Positions 53,536-64,000 of a DNA stretch of 64,000 bases are shown here, piece after piece. Location: NCBI RefSeq assembly GCF_024521635.1, contig NW_026250428.1, forward strand, positions 434,001 through 498,000, in the 5' to 3' direction. The stretch's first letter is position 1. Each line of letters opens with the position of its first letter. The notes under the pieces were generated by a model. That model did no database searches, was not told the origin of the DNA, and worked only from the letters and a program-made list of their open reading frames with translations. Both the position numbers and the translations under genes were made by a program. Origin of the DNA: Tricharina praecox (lineage: Eukaryota).

Positions 53536-55420
53536 AACCAGGTAAACCAGTCGAACCAGTTTTATGCCAGTCCATCGCGCCAATTAAGGTGTCAGTTCGG
53601 TTTGCATCCCCCTCACAGTTGACAGTTGGTGCAGTGCAGTTTCGGCCTAGAATTGACTCGGTTCCAACTGTCGGAGGGTCTTCCTCTTCGGAAAGTTGTC
53701 CCGACGGCATCGCATGGCTCCCGCATCACCATCCCCCGATCTCAATATAGATGCGCTGTATATCCCACACGCTATCCATCGATGGAGAGGTCGAACTCCA
53801 ATCAAGCTCCACTATGCCGATGTCACCGTTCACCGCCCGCCCGAAGTGATCACCAGGCGGAGTGGAGTGAAGCGAGACTGAATGGGAGTTGAAGTGTATA
53901 TCCACTTGGCTGCGGGGCACCATTGAGTCAGAGAATTGAGTCCGAGAAGTGAAGCGGGAATGAATGGTGGCTGTGGTGCATACCCATTTTGCTCCGAGGC
54001 GCCATTAAGTCGTAGAAGTGAGTCAGATAAGTGGAGCGGAGCGGGAATGAATGGGGACTTTGAAGCGATATTGAGTTAGGGATGTGGAGTGGAACGGTGA
54101 TGAATGCGAGCTGAAATGTATACTCACTCTTCTTCGAAGAGTCAATGGCCATTGAGTCTGAGAAGTGGAGCGGAGCGGGAATGAATGAGAGCTGAAGTGT
54201 ATATCTCCTCTGCTCCGAAGCGCCATTGAGTCCAAGAGGCGGAGTATATCGGGAATGAATGGGGGCCGAAGTGCAACTATACCCACTCTGCTTCGAAGCG
54301 CTATTGAGTCCGGGAAGTGAAGCGAGAATGAATGGGAGTTGAAAGCTACCCGCTTCGCTTCAGAGCACCATCAAGTCCGGGCGCGGGAGAATTGGCAGAT
54401 GCAGCGGAAGTAAAAAACCAGGTGAACCAGTCAAACCAGTTTTGTGTTGATCCGTTGAGTCGATCAAGATATCCGTTCGGGTCCTTGTTCATTCATAGTT
54501 CCGCCCGGAATTGACTCTGTTCCAACTGTCGGAGGGTCTGCCTCTTCGGAAAGTTGTCCCGACGACATCGCATGGCTCCCACCTTCATCGTTCCATCGTT
54601 ATCCCCCGATCGCAATATCGATGCGCTGCCTATCCCCACCCGGTATCCATCGATGGAGAGGTCGAATCTCAATCCAAGTTCCGTTATGCTGGTATCACCG
54701 TTCACCACCCGCCCGAAGTGATCACCTTGCGGAGTAGAGTGATGTGACAATGAGTGGGGGCTGAAGAGTATACCCACTTCGCTGTGAAGCACCATTGAGT
54801 CAGAGAAGCAGAATGGAGCGGGAATGAATGGGAGCTGAAATGTACACCCACTTTGTTTCGAAGCGCCATTGAATCCGAGAGGTGAGTCCGAGACGTGGGG
54901 CGAGTATGAATGGTGGCTGAAGTGTATATCCACTTTGCTTCGAAGCACCATTGAGTCAGAAAAGCGAAGCTAGAATGAATGGGAGCTGGAGAGTATACCT
55001 ACTTGAGAAGCGAGCGGCAATCAATGAGTGATGAGGCGTATATCCACTTTTCTGCGAGACGCCATTGAGCTAGAGAAGTGGCGAGGAGCTAGATTTAACG
55101 GCGGCTCAAGTGTATACCCATTTCGCTTCAAAGTACCGTTGAGTCAGAGGCGTGAGTTTAAGAAGTGGAGCGGAGCGGGAATGAATGGGGACTTCGAAGT
55201 GCCATTGGATCTCAGAAGTGGAGCACCGGGAATGAATAGGAGCTGAAGAGTATACCCACTTCGCTTCAAGACACCATTGGCCATTGAGTCCGAGAAGTGG
55301 AGCGGAGCGGGAATGAATGGTGACGTCGAAGCGCCTTTGGATCTCAGAAGTGGAGTGGAGCGGGAACGAATGAGAGCTGAAGTGTATATCTCCTCTGCTC
55401 CGAAGCGCCACTGAGTCCTG
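53536..55420. repeat. Tandem duplication of a 0.9-1.0 kb unit, each a unique head plus a degenerate minisatellite array of about 70-75 bp units
   Basis: Heads start AACCAGGTRAACCAGTCRAACCAGTTTT at 53536 and 54416. Arrays at about 53858-54375 and 54730-55420 have the consensus CCATTGAGTCCGAGAAGTGGAGCGGAGCGGGAATGAATGGGAGCTGAAGTGTATACCCACTTTGCTTCGAAGCG. Confidence 0.9.
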
Positions 55421-55882
55421 GAGCGGCAGAAACAGCAGAGGAGCAAACGACGATGCCCACCGAGTGAAAGAAACCTGACACAGCCTACAGACGAGCGGAG
55501 AGGAGAGTAGAGAGTAGAGAGTAGAGAAAGAAGCGTCACGGATAGCAGCCGGAACCCTGGACGAGGGCTGAAGAAGGGCGAAGTCAGAGCAAAAATTGAG
55601 TTGGAGCAAGAAACTGTCTGCGAACTGGCGAGGGAAGAGAAGGGAGAGGAGGAGGGATGAAGAGGGAAGAAGATGGACGGTAGAGCGGTGGGTGTATACT
55701 GAAAAATGCCAAGTCCTTCTGCAACTCGACTGTTTGGGACTGTCCCACCGCCACCTTCACCTCGAGGGCTCCGTTGCACTACATGACCAAACGGGCGTGC
55801 GAGGGTTACAGACACAGAGGAGACAAGTAAGGATGAACGGGAACCATGGTACCTGCGTCGGCGATGCAGTACGAGCAGCGAC

Positions 55883-56280
55883 TTTGTTTTGTTTCATCAT
55901 TCATTGCGTGCGACCTCATGACAATATACAGACGCCGTTTCCTTGTCCATCGTCCAACCCGACCTCGAACAGTCCGCAGCGGCCCGTGATGGCTGCCTCT
56001 CTTGCCCCATCCTCGGCCCATCCTCCGCCACCATATCCCCTTGTGCCATGATGACAGCGTCTTACAGTACCACGCCCCTGATAGCGTCTTCCGCTCTCAT
56101 CTCCCCCAGTTGTTCCTCGCGCTCCCTCTGTGCTCACTCGCACTCTGAGGACTCGCTGGCCAGCTCTTCCAGAGCAGCGAGGTACTATCGATGATGGCCC
56201 GGCACATTTGCATCGAGTGATAGTCCATGAAGTTTAAACGAGCCCCACATGCCCGCTGTCGGCTGTCTCACTTCTTCATC
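55883..56280 (-). mobile_element. Degenerate Tad1-like LINE 3' end (copy D)
   Basis: Translation ASESSECE*AQREREE is followed by CACGGGCCGC...GGGTTGGAC...ATATTGTCATGAGGTCGCACGCAATGAATGATGAAACAAAACAAA, matching the shared 3' UTR. Confidence 0.7.
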
Positions 56281-57364
56281 ATCATCACCTCCTCATCACT
56301 TCCTCATCGCAGCGCCCGGCACACTTCAATCAGATCCTCTCATCATCTATTATACATAGCATAAGTAGCCCAGTTCACTCCCAATCACTCCCAACTCACT
56401 CCTCCCCCCTCCAGAAGCACGCTCTAGATTTTTACCTTTTACCACACCGCCCTTCCCCTCCAGGCTCTTCAAGCTCTTCAGGCATCACACATTCCATCCC
56501 ATCTCAATCCACATCCCATCCCATCCCAATCCAATCGTCGTCGAAAAAGAAGAAAGAAGCAGAAAGAAGAACGTATAGCTCAGCAACCAAACAAAACCAA
56601 ACAAAAAAATCAAACTGTATACACCTCCCCCTCCCCCGCGTACAGAACAGAGCTCGTCACTAGAGTAATCGTCATCGAGAAACACAACACACACAACACA
56701 CAACACACAACACAATACACAACACAATACACAACAACCACAACACAATACAACACAACACCCGCCCACACCTACAGCCGCCGTAACAATGATCGAAGCC
56801 AAGTTTCAAAAAAGAAGAAAACAAGAGAAATATGAAAAAGAAAACGAAATGGAATTCGAAAAGAAAAGGAAGGAAAATAAGCCCCCCTCCCAGTTCGTTC
56901 CAATCCCACCCTCCCCCTCCCCCCTCCCACCCCAAAAACACTACCTGAGCGCGATAAATTAAAGATCAGGAATTGTCAAGCTTCGCTCCCATTCGCGTGG
57001 CCAAAGTCGTGTGATGACTAATGTCTGACACCGAGTGATGGATTTGCAGCAGCCAGCCAGCGTTGGTTGGTTGGTTGGAAGAGAACAGAACAAAAAAAAA
57101 ACGTAACCAAAAGTTTTGAAGAACGGACACACATGACTTGAACGAGAACGGAAAAGCAGCATAGAAAGATAACCGGAAAATACATATAAGCCAAAGCGCA
57201 AAAACAAAACTCCCATTTGCCAATAAGTCCGTACACTTGCACGTGTGTGTGGGGATTGATGATGCTCTTTTCCCTTCTGCCATGGCGTGTGAATGAGTGG
57301 GGGGGAGGGGGGTGATCGTATGTCTTTTCATCGCGTATTGTGTATTATCCCCATCCATCCCCGA

Positions 57365-59251
57365 TTATGGAGATGTGAACCCTCCGGCAACCTTGACCCA
57401 CTCCGACAGACAACTTCCCTTCTTGTCCTCGATGTCCGTGATGTCGGTGTCACACTTGCACCGACACCCCACTCCGTTCTCCTGCACTGCGTCCCAATTG
57501 TCCCAGTACTCGTCATCCTCCTTCGCCTTCTTCTGGTCCTCGAGATATGGCTCCTTGAACGGCGTCCGGGGGAGCTGCTTGGCCGGGGCATTGGCCGGGC
57601 AGTGCTGGATCGTGGTGTGCCGGTAGCCGATGTCGCGGAAGTAGTGGAGGTCTGCGGGACCAAGGAAAACGCCGGCGGCGAGCGAGTGGACGGGTGCATC
57701 TCCCCACTACATCGATCTGTCAGTCGTTGCCCTCCATACCGTCACGACGGGGGAGGGAGAGGGGGCCATACCCGTTCGGTCCAGAATCCACCGCTGCGGT
57801 CTAGCGTCTCAAAGAAATCGGTATACTGCTTGCTGCGATAGAAGTCGAAGCGCGCAATCTCGAAATTACTCCAGAAGTGGCACATGTTGTAGTCCTCTCC
57901 CTCCATAGCCGTCGGGTCGACCTCGGGGAACTTGCCACGACCGGGCTCGAGCTTGAGGACATCTTCCGGCAGGGTATCTTGGTCCTCCTTCTTCTCCCGC
58001 TTCTCCGCAAACATCTCCCACATTCCCTTGGATGTGATGTTGTTGTTGCGCTTGTATGCCGACACGTACCGGAAGAGGTTGGGAACGGTTTCCCGCAATT
58101 CCTTGACCGCGATCGTGAATCCATACGTCTTGTTATTCTTCCTCATCTCGACGAAAGGATCACTGAGGGAAAGAATGTCAGCGGACGCGTGTCCGTGCGT
58201 GACGCAAGGGAGGGGGAGGTGGAAGGCATACTAAGTCATATCGCAAAAGAACTCGATATCTGGCTCCAAGCGCCAGTACCACTCGTACTTCAGAAGAAGC
58301 TCGTGCTTCCAAAATTGTCTGTGGGAACGATGGGACATGCGGTCAGCGAGCAGTCCTCCGTCCGCCCGACGCGGGGCAACCCATCGAGCGATCGAGAAGG
58401 GGACGGATGCGAACAGCAAACATACCCCGAATAGAACCTGCACATGTGATGATAACTGGCCATACCACCGTACATGATGGCCTGGTCACCCTGCTTTGCA
58501 ATTGCCTCCTCAACCTCATCCACATCCGCCCAATCGGGGAAACCCCAGTGTAGCGGATCGATCTGGCCAAACTCCACCTTGCTGGTCGTGTAGTTGAGGA
58601 CGGTGTTCTTGAACTCGTCGTTGAACTCGCCGTCGTTCAGAAACACGTACGGGTAGTGGAACCATCGGTTGAAGTGCCGCTCCATGTGCCGAAGGGACTG
58701 CAGCACACCGGGGAGCTCCTTGTTCCGGGCCAGGACTACGATCACCGCGTTCTCCCGAGGTCCGTCGGTTTTCGGTTCGAGACATCCCGTAGCGAAGACT
58801 TTATCGTACTTCTCGCTTATCCGTCTATACCACACGGCGCACGGAGGTCAGCAAGGCTATCCAATCCGTCTAGCTTCCAGATGGCGTGCAGCAGGCGATG
58901 GACGAGATGAGAGCGCGTTGTAGGGGGGAGGGGGAGGGGTGGAAGAGAGAAGGAAGGGGGTTCGCTTCGTTCCGTCTTCTGCACGTACCTTATGGCCGGC
59001 GGTCCGCTCGAGGGCATCAGCATTCGGCCCGGAGAATTAGGGTGCCGCACGAAGAGCACGAGCAACAGCATGACTATTGTGAACGGGAACAGCAATACCA
59101 TGCCGAGGGGCATCGTTATTGTCGAGCTCCCTTTTAGTCGTATGCGGCGCCGCAGGAAAGCTAACCGCGGCGAGAGCCGATGGTATTGTGCGATCTCATC
59201 GAGCGTCTTCTTGGACGGAAGCCGTTGGAGGAGCTGCCGTACAAGCCCCAT
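57365..59251 (-). CDS. KTR5: GT15 (KRE2/MNT1 family) alpha-1,2-mannosyltransferase, KTR5/KTR7-like, 493 aa, 5 exons
   Basis: Exons 59251-58989, 58824-58426, 58318-58232, 58162-57772 and 57706-57365, all GT-AG and in frame. N-terminal TM anchor; motifs NAVIVVLARN, YPYVFLND, SYHHMCRFYSG, WYWRLEPD, CHFWSNFEIA and ERWGDAPVHSLA. The subfamily symbol is tentative. Confidence 0.95.
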
Positions 59252-59660
59252 GGCGACGAGTGGGTGTCGGAAGATAAGGGGTCGTGTACGATGGTAACGC
59301 CCTGGCCGGAGGAGTAGGGGGCAGGAGCGGATGCGGGCTCGGACGGACGACAACGATGACGACGGCGACGACTACCGGTCGCAACTGAAGATAACGACGG
59401 TGAAGAGTCGAAGCGACTTGTTATTGATGATGGTCGGGAGGTAGCGAAGGAAGGTAGAGGGAGTGGAGAGTTTTTCTTCGAATCGTTGGGCGGAGGTGGA
59501 GTCTTCTTTTCGGGTCGAGGCCAGATCGGACACGGTAGGTGGAGTTAGGTTCTGTTGACTGTGCTGTGTGGTGTAGCTGGAAGGGGGCTTTATTTTTTCG
59601 TTAGGGTGGCAAGGGGGCAGGTGCAGCCGTAGCGACACAGAAAAGAGCGCCGAATTTGCG

Positions 59661-59975
59661 ATGATTAACGTTTCTGCATCCGAAGAGCCTCAGGAGGAGG
59701 AGGAGGAGGAGGAGCAGGACGAGCGAGAGGAGGAGTGTGAGGAGGAGAACGACGAATACTCGATCGAGGAGGAGTGGGTCGAGATACCGGTGCCCGCAGA
59801 GACTGAATGCCAGGATGGACACGGTGCTGGGTTGGAGGATATCGTGAGGAGAAAGGGAGGATCCGGAGAACGGCCGACAGGGAGAAGGAGATGGGGCAAC
59901 TGCGAGAGCACGGAAATTCGCACGGAATTCGCAGCAATGGGCGATGATTACGGTATTTCACCGGCACTCTACTAA
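59661..59975 (+). CDS. Possible small acidic protein
   Basis: 104-aa Glu-rich ORF diverging from the GT15 gene; it could be a low-complexity artefact. Confidence 0.25.
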   Translation: MINVSASEEPQEEEEEEEQDEREEECEEENDEYSIEEEWVEIPVPAETECQDGHGAGLEDIVRRKGGSGERPTGRRRWGNCESTEIRTEFAAMGDDYGISPALY

Positions 59976-62900
59976 CTACAGCATTGACACGTCCTTCTGG
60001 GTCTCGACAGGAGTCCCGAATTCCATCCTTCCATGTGCGGAATCTACATTGCTCCCACCTTCCCTCCCTCCCTCCCGCTGCGCTGCCGTGTGCTCAGCAC
60101 CTCGTGTAAATGCTTGTGTCGTGAAAAGGGGAAAGCGACCACCCTTCAACTCGCCCCAAACTCGAGACCCTGCTGATCCCAGTTCCCGCGCGTGGTCTAG
60201 TGCTGAACTTCCATCAATCCTGCTCCTGCGAATTTGCCACGTGCATTCGTCGTCGATTGAGGGTGGCAACCGTGGTCGAGATCCATCGTTTGAGAAACGG
60301 CTGGTGATTTCCTCAGCCTCGATTACCTATTGTCCGGAAACAAAAACCACAGCCATAACCGTTGGACGACCCGTGCTCTCTCTCCGTCTGTTATCTCTCC
60401 TCGATCCCATCCATCCCCTGCAGCCGTGACTCCTTCTCCTCATGCTTCGGACGCACGCCGCAGGCCCCCACGCAGCGCATACCGGTAGACGCTATGCATT
60501 GTACTCTACATATGGTCTCTGGGCAACAGGCTCAAGGATAGATACTCTACATACGTTGGTAAAAACCATTTGGCGAAATCACAAGCGCAGGGTATGGGTG
60601 GATGTGCTTGGTTGGATTCTTACGGATGCGCGTCTGTACATACAGAACTCTATCCAAAACGGAGGGACTCGATACCGTTGATTACCAGTAGTCAAGTTCC
60701 CAAAGCTCACATACGGCGATCATCGCTCGTCGGTGTGTACTTAGGTACATACTCTACTGAGTATGCACGGATGAGAGGAAGGGCCGTGGGGATTTCGGAT
60801 TCTCGCATGAACGAACGAATTCGGACTTGTGAAGTTGGCGGGATCGAAGAGAAGCTTTGGACCAAGCACTTGGCGACAAAACCAAGACATCACCGAGACG
60901 CAAGCACGGTCAAATATGTAGCAGCTCACGAACAAAGAGCTGCCGGAGTTTGGGGGTGCAGAAGAAGATATCTGCTCCCCCACTATTCCGAAAGCATTGT
61001 TTCAGCGACATCTTCAATCCAGCAAGCGGTCACACCGCCGCAGACGAATCACAATCATCTGAGATTAGATCTGTGGCTGAGACACTGATGGCCATGCTAT
61101 TGGTCAGGCAGCGGTTGCGCCACAGATAATCACTGCAGGCATAGACTGTTCTGCCGCCCAAGTCTATCACGTAGGAGTCCACATGCTGCGCTTAAACAAC
61201 TGTGCCTTCGTCGACTACGTACCGGGGAAGAAAGGTGAAGGTGCTACATAGCTGCTCCGAGAACTCGTCCGAACCGCATAGAGCCTGTCACCTGTGTAGC
61301 CGGCTGTCAGTGCCACTGACCGGGCCCTGGGGAGGAACTCCCAGTCTCACAGATGGACAGCAAAACGGATGCAGGCCTTGGAGAGCAACAAAGTGTCGAT
61401 CTGATCGATCCCAGTCGGAATCTGTTATGAACCAGAGTACAGGAATTACACTGCGTGTTGACGGAGGTGCAGCACGGAGGGGAGTTGGTTCGGTTCGTGA
61501 TTGGGGGTGTTTAGGGAACGGGATGATGTACCTATTGTACATACGGCACCACAATCGCAATGTAGAGTGGTACCGGTACAGGAGTAGCGGCCAGTGCCAT
61601 TGTCACCGACGCACATCGCCTTTCCCTTTGCCCACCACAAACAGTCCCGCTTCACTTCTTCACGCGGGAAAGCGAGCACAACCACCTTCTTGTTGTCGGG
61701 CTATGATGTGGAAGGGTTCTTTGCGCGGTGCTGCTTCACAGTATCTCACGCGTTGCGCGGTCGACTGGCCCAAATCCTCGATCTTCGGCGGGGAGTACCT
61801 ACTAGGTAATAATGTGACAGTATGTACTCTACCTATCGCCATGTTGTCCGGCTAAATCACAGGAACGGAAAAGCTGCGGCAGTAAAGCTCTGTGAAGCCC
61901 AGCTGGTGGTGGATGGATGTGCCACTGGGACGTCCCCCGTCATTCACCCATTATCGTCACTCCGAATGGCTACCGGTATCTCTGCCTAAGTTCTTGCAGA
62001 GTTGCATGCAACTTCTCGGCTGGCAGCTTCACCACATGTTTCTTGCTCGTGTGTGGCGCTCCTCGCTGCTGTACCATCAGCCTTCAGGCCATGGAACCTG
62101 GGTCATGGTGGATGGCTACTGTATGTACACTACTACAGACACTATACACTTCACAGAAAAGACTGCACTGCAATAATCTTGCTGGTTTTATGCGGAGAGT
62201 TTCAGGAACTGGTAAAATCTTCCGTTTGTGCTTTGAAGGTATGCATGCCTTGTACATGAGTATGCAGGTAGAGTATCTCCTCTTCCATAATTTCCGCTTG
62301 TTAACGGTCTCCCTTCTCGGCTCTCATACGATTCTCGTCTTCGTCGTGATCCCATGTTTCTGGAGCTTGGATTCGTCCTCGTCCTGTTTCCCGTTCCCAT
62401 TCGCCCATATATTCCTCTCAGTGGCCCGTTTCTCAGCGAACTTCTTTCTTTCGGGCTTCAGCTCCATCCACGCAGTGCAAACTCCACTTTACCCCCAGCC
62501 TTGAGCATCTAAAACATCTTCAGCTTTTCGATGTGTCCACATACGCAACAGCAATCTCTCCCGCTCAGCTACTCACAGATGGATCACATATGCACGTACT
62601 CCACGTGGGCTGGACGCGCGGGTTAGGGTTCTAGGATAATCCGCCACCGGCGGGTATGTGGTGTACTCTACGGCTGCGTACATGACTAAGCTCAGCTCAG
62701 CTGAAGGTTGAGCCTAGCGACTCAGGCTCAAGTCAAGGAGAACCCCTCCTTGTTGGAACTAGATCGGCCACCAGCCGCAAGAGCTTCCGAGCCTGACGCA
62801 CCCAACTGAGCACAACTTCCCCACCTTCACACACACCTCACTTCCACAACTCACACCTCACTTCGAAGCTGGCCCGGCCTTCCTCCCTCCATTCCTCTTC

Positions 62901-64000
62901 ACCATTCACCGTCCACAGCACTCCAGCACTCCAGCGAATACCTCAATAGCCATCTCCTCCGCCCCCCCTAGCTGTGCTTCTACGGCTCGTCTCACCGCTC
63001 CCCTCTGTCGACTTCGCTTCCCGTTCCCCTCCGCCCCTCTCCTGCGAAATCGCAACCCATTACCCCTCCTCCCGGATTATATAGCAGAAACGAAACAGGT
63101 CTCCTCACTCTACGGTGTTGAGGTTCCCACATTCAAGTCATCGATTATTAACAAAGCCGGTGCTTGTCTCTTTCAGCCGTGCCTCGTCCACATCGTCCGT
63201 TCCGTTCCTCGTCCGCCCGTTGGTTCGCATAATCGTCCGTTCTTCGTTCGTCGCTCGCCCTCCGCGTGAACCACTTTACTCTACGCTACAAGACACGCCT
63301 GTGTCTCCTTCGTGACTTCTCCTATTCCACTCTTCAGCCTCCTCATCCTCCTGCGAACGGTCGTCCTTCTGACCGATTCCCGTCTTCTCCCGCGCCTCCC
63401 CCCACCCCGCGTCTTCCTCCCGTTCCCCCCCACTCCGCCCCGCCCCGCCTCACCCCGCCTCGCCCTAGCTCCACTACTACTTGTACGTGTCGGCGTCTTC
63501 GGACCTCCCCATCGGCTCCTCCAAACAAATCATCTACGACCTGAATCCAAGGCAGCCATCCTTTCCCTACGGATAAAGCCAACAGAAACCCTACTTGCCT
63601 CCCCCCCTCAAACAAACAAACAAAACTAAAAAACTAAAAACCTCTCGAATTAAAACCCAAAAACGTAGGTTAGAGAAGACCTATCTATCTTCTTCTGCCT
63701 CGAGTACTTTTTGCTTAGCTCACAGCTTCAACTCCAGCCCTTCTTCCTCTTCCTCTTCTGCATCGCGAAGCCGATAGTCGAACTCGAGGAAAACGGGCAA
63801 AAGCTGCAAGACAGAGCTACCTAAGCGAGCTTCGGAGCTTCGATATATAGCTCACGAAGAAAGAAAGAAAGCATATCGGAGTCATAATCTGTATTTGAAT
63901 TCAAAGACAAAAGTTCTCCTCTCCCTGACTTTTCCTCCCTTCTCCCCCTTGGCCTAGCCCTCCCTGGCCTTCCCTGGCTCTCCCTGGCTCTTTTCTCTGA

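Noticed and set aside
53858..55420. CRISPR-like appearance of the repeat array
   Set aside because: Units are contiguous degenerate repeats without unique spacers, there are no cas genes, and the context is eukaryotic.

Overview
Eukaryotic DNA from a filamentous ascomycete: short GT-AG introns with CTRAC branch sites, low gene density, many microsatellites and decayed transposons. A Pezizomycetes-like source is an inference. Two conserved genes can be fully spliced by hand: an AcpS-type phosphopantetheinyl transferase (PPT2-like, 3881-4383, minus) and a five-exon GT15 alpha-1,2-mannosyltransferase (57365-59251, minus). Between them is an accessory-looking tract. It holds two paralogous orphan genes sharing an intron position and a C-terminal WDFKCxGLDHxxMAPxExxG motif, and a diverged, frameshifted PacC/Rim101-like zinc-finger gene. 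It also holds four spliced microprotein genes of 51-77 aa that the ORF track does not resolve, two acidic low-complexity proteins with possible nucleosome-tethering motifs, and a gene with a GC-AG intron. Repeats include several Tad1-like LINE relics (four related 3' ends), an IS630/Tc1-like transposase relic, a dispersed repeat family and a duplicated minisatellite block. No rRNA, tRNA or CRISPR array was recognised. All family assignments come from manual motif recognition, not database searches.
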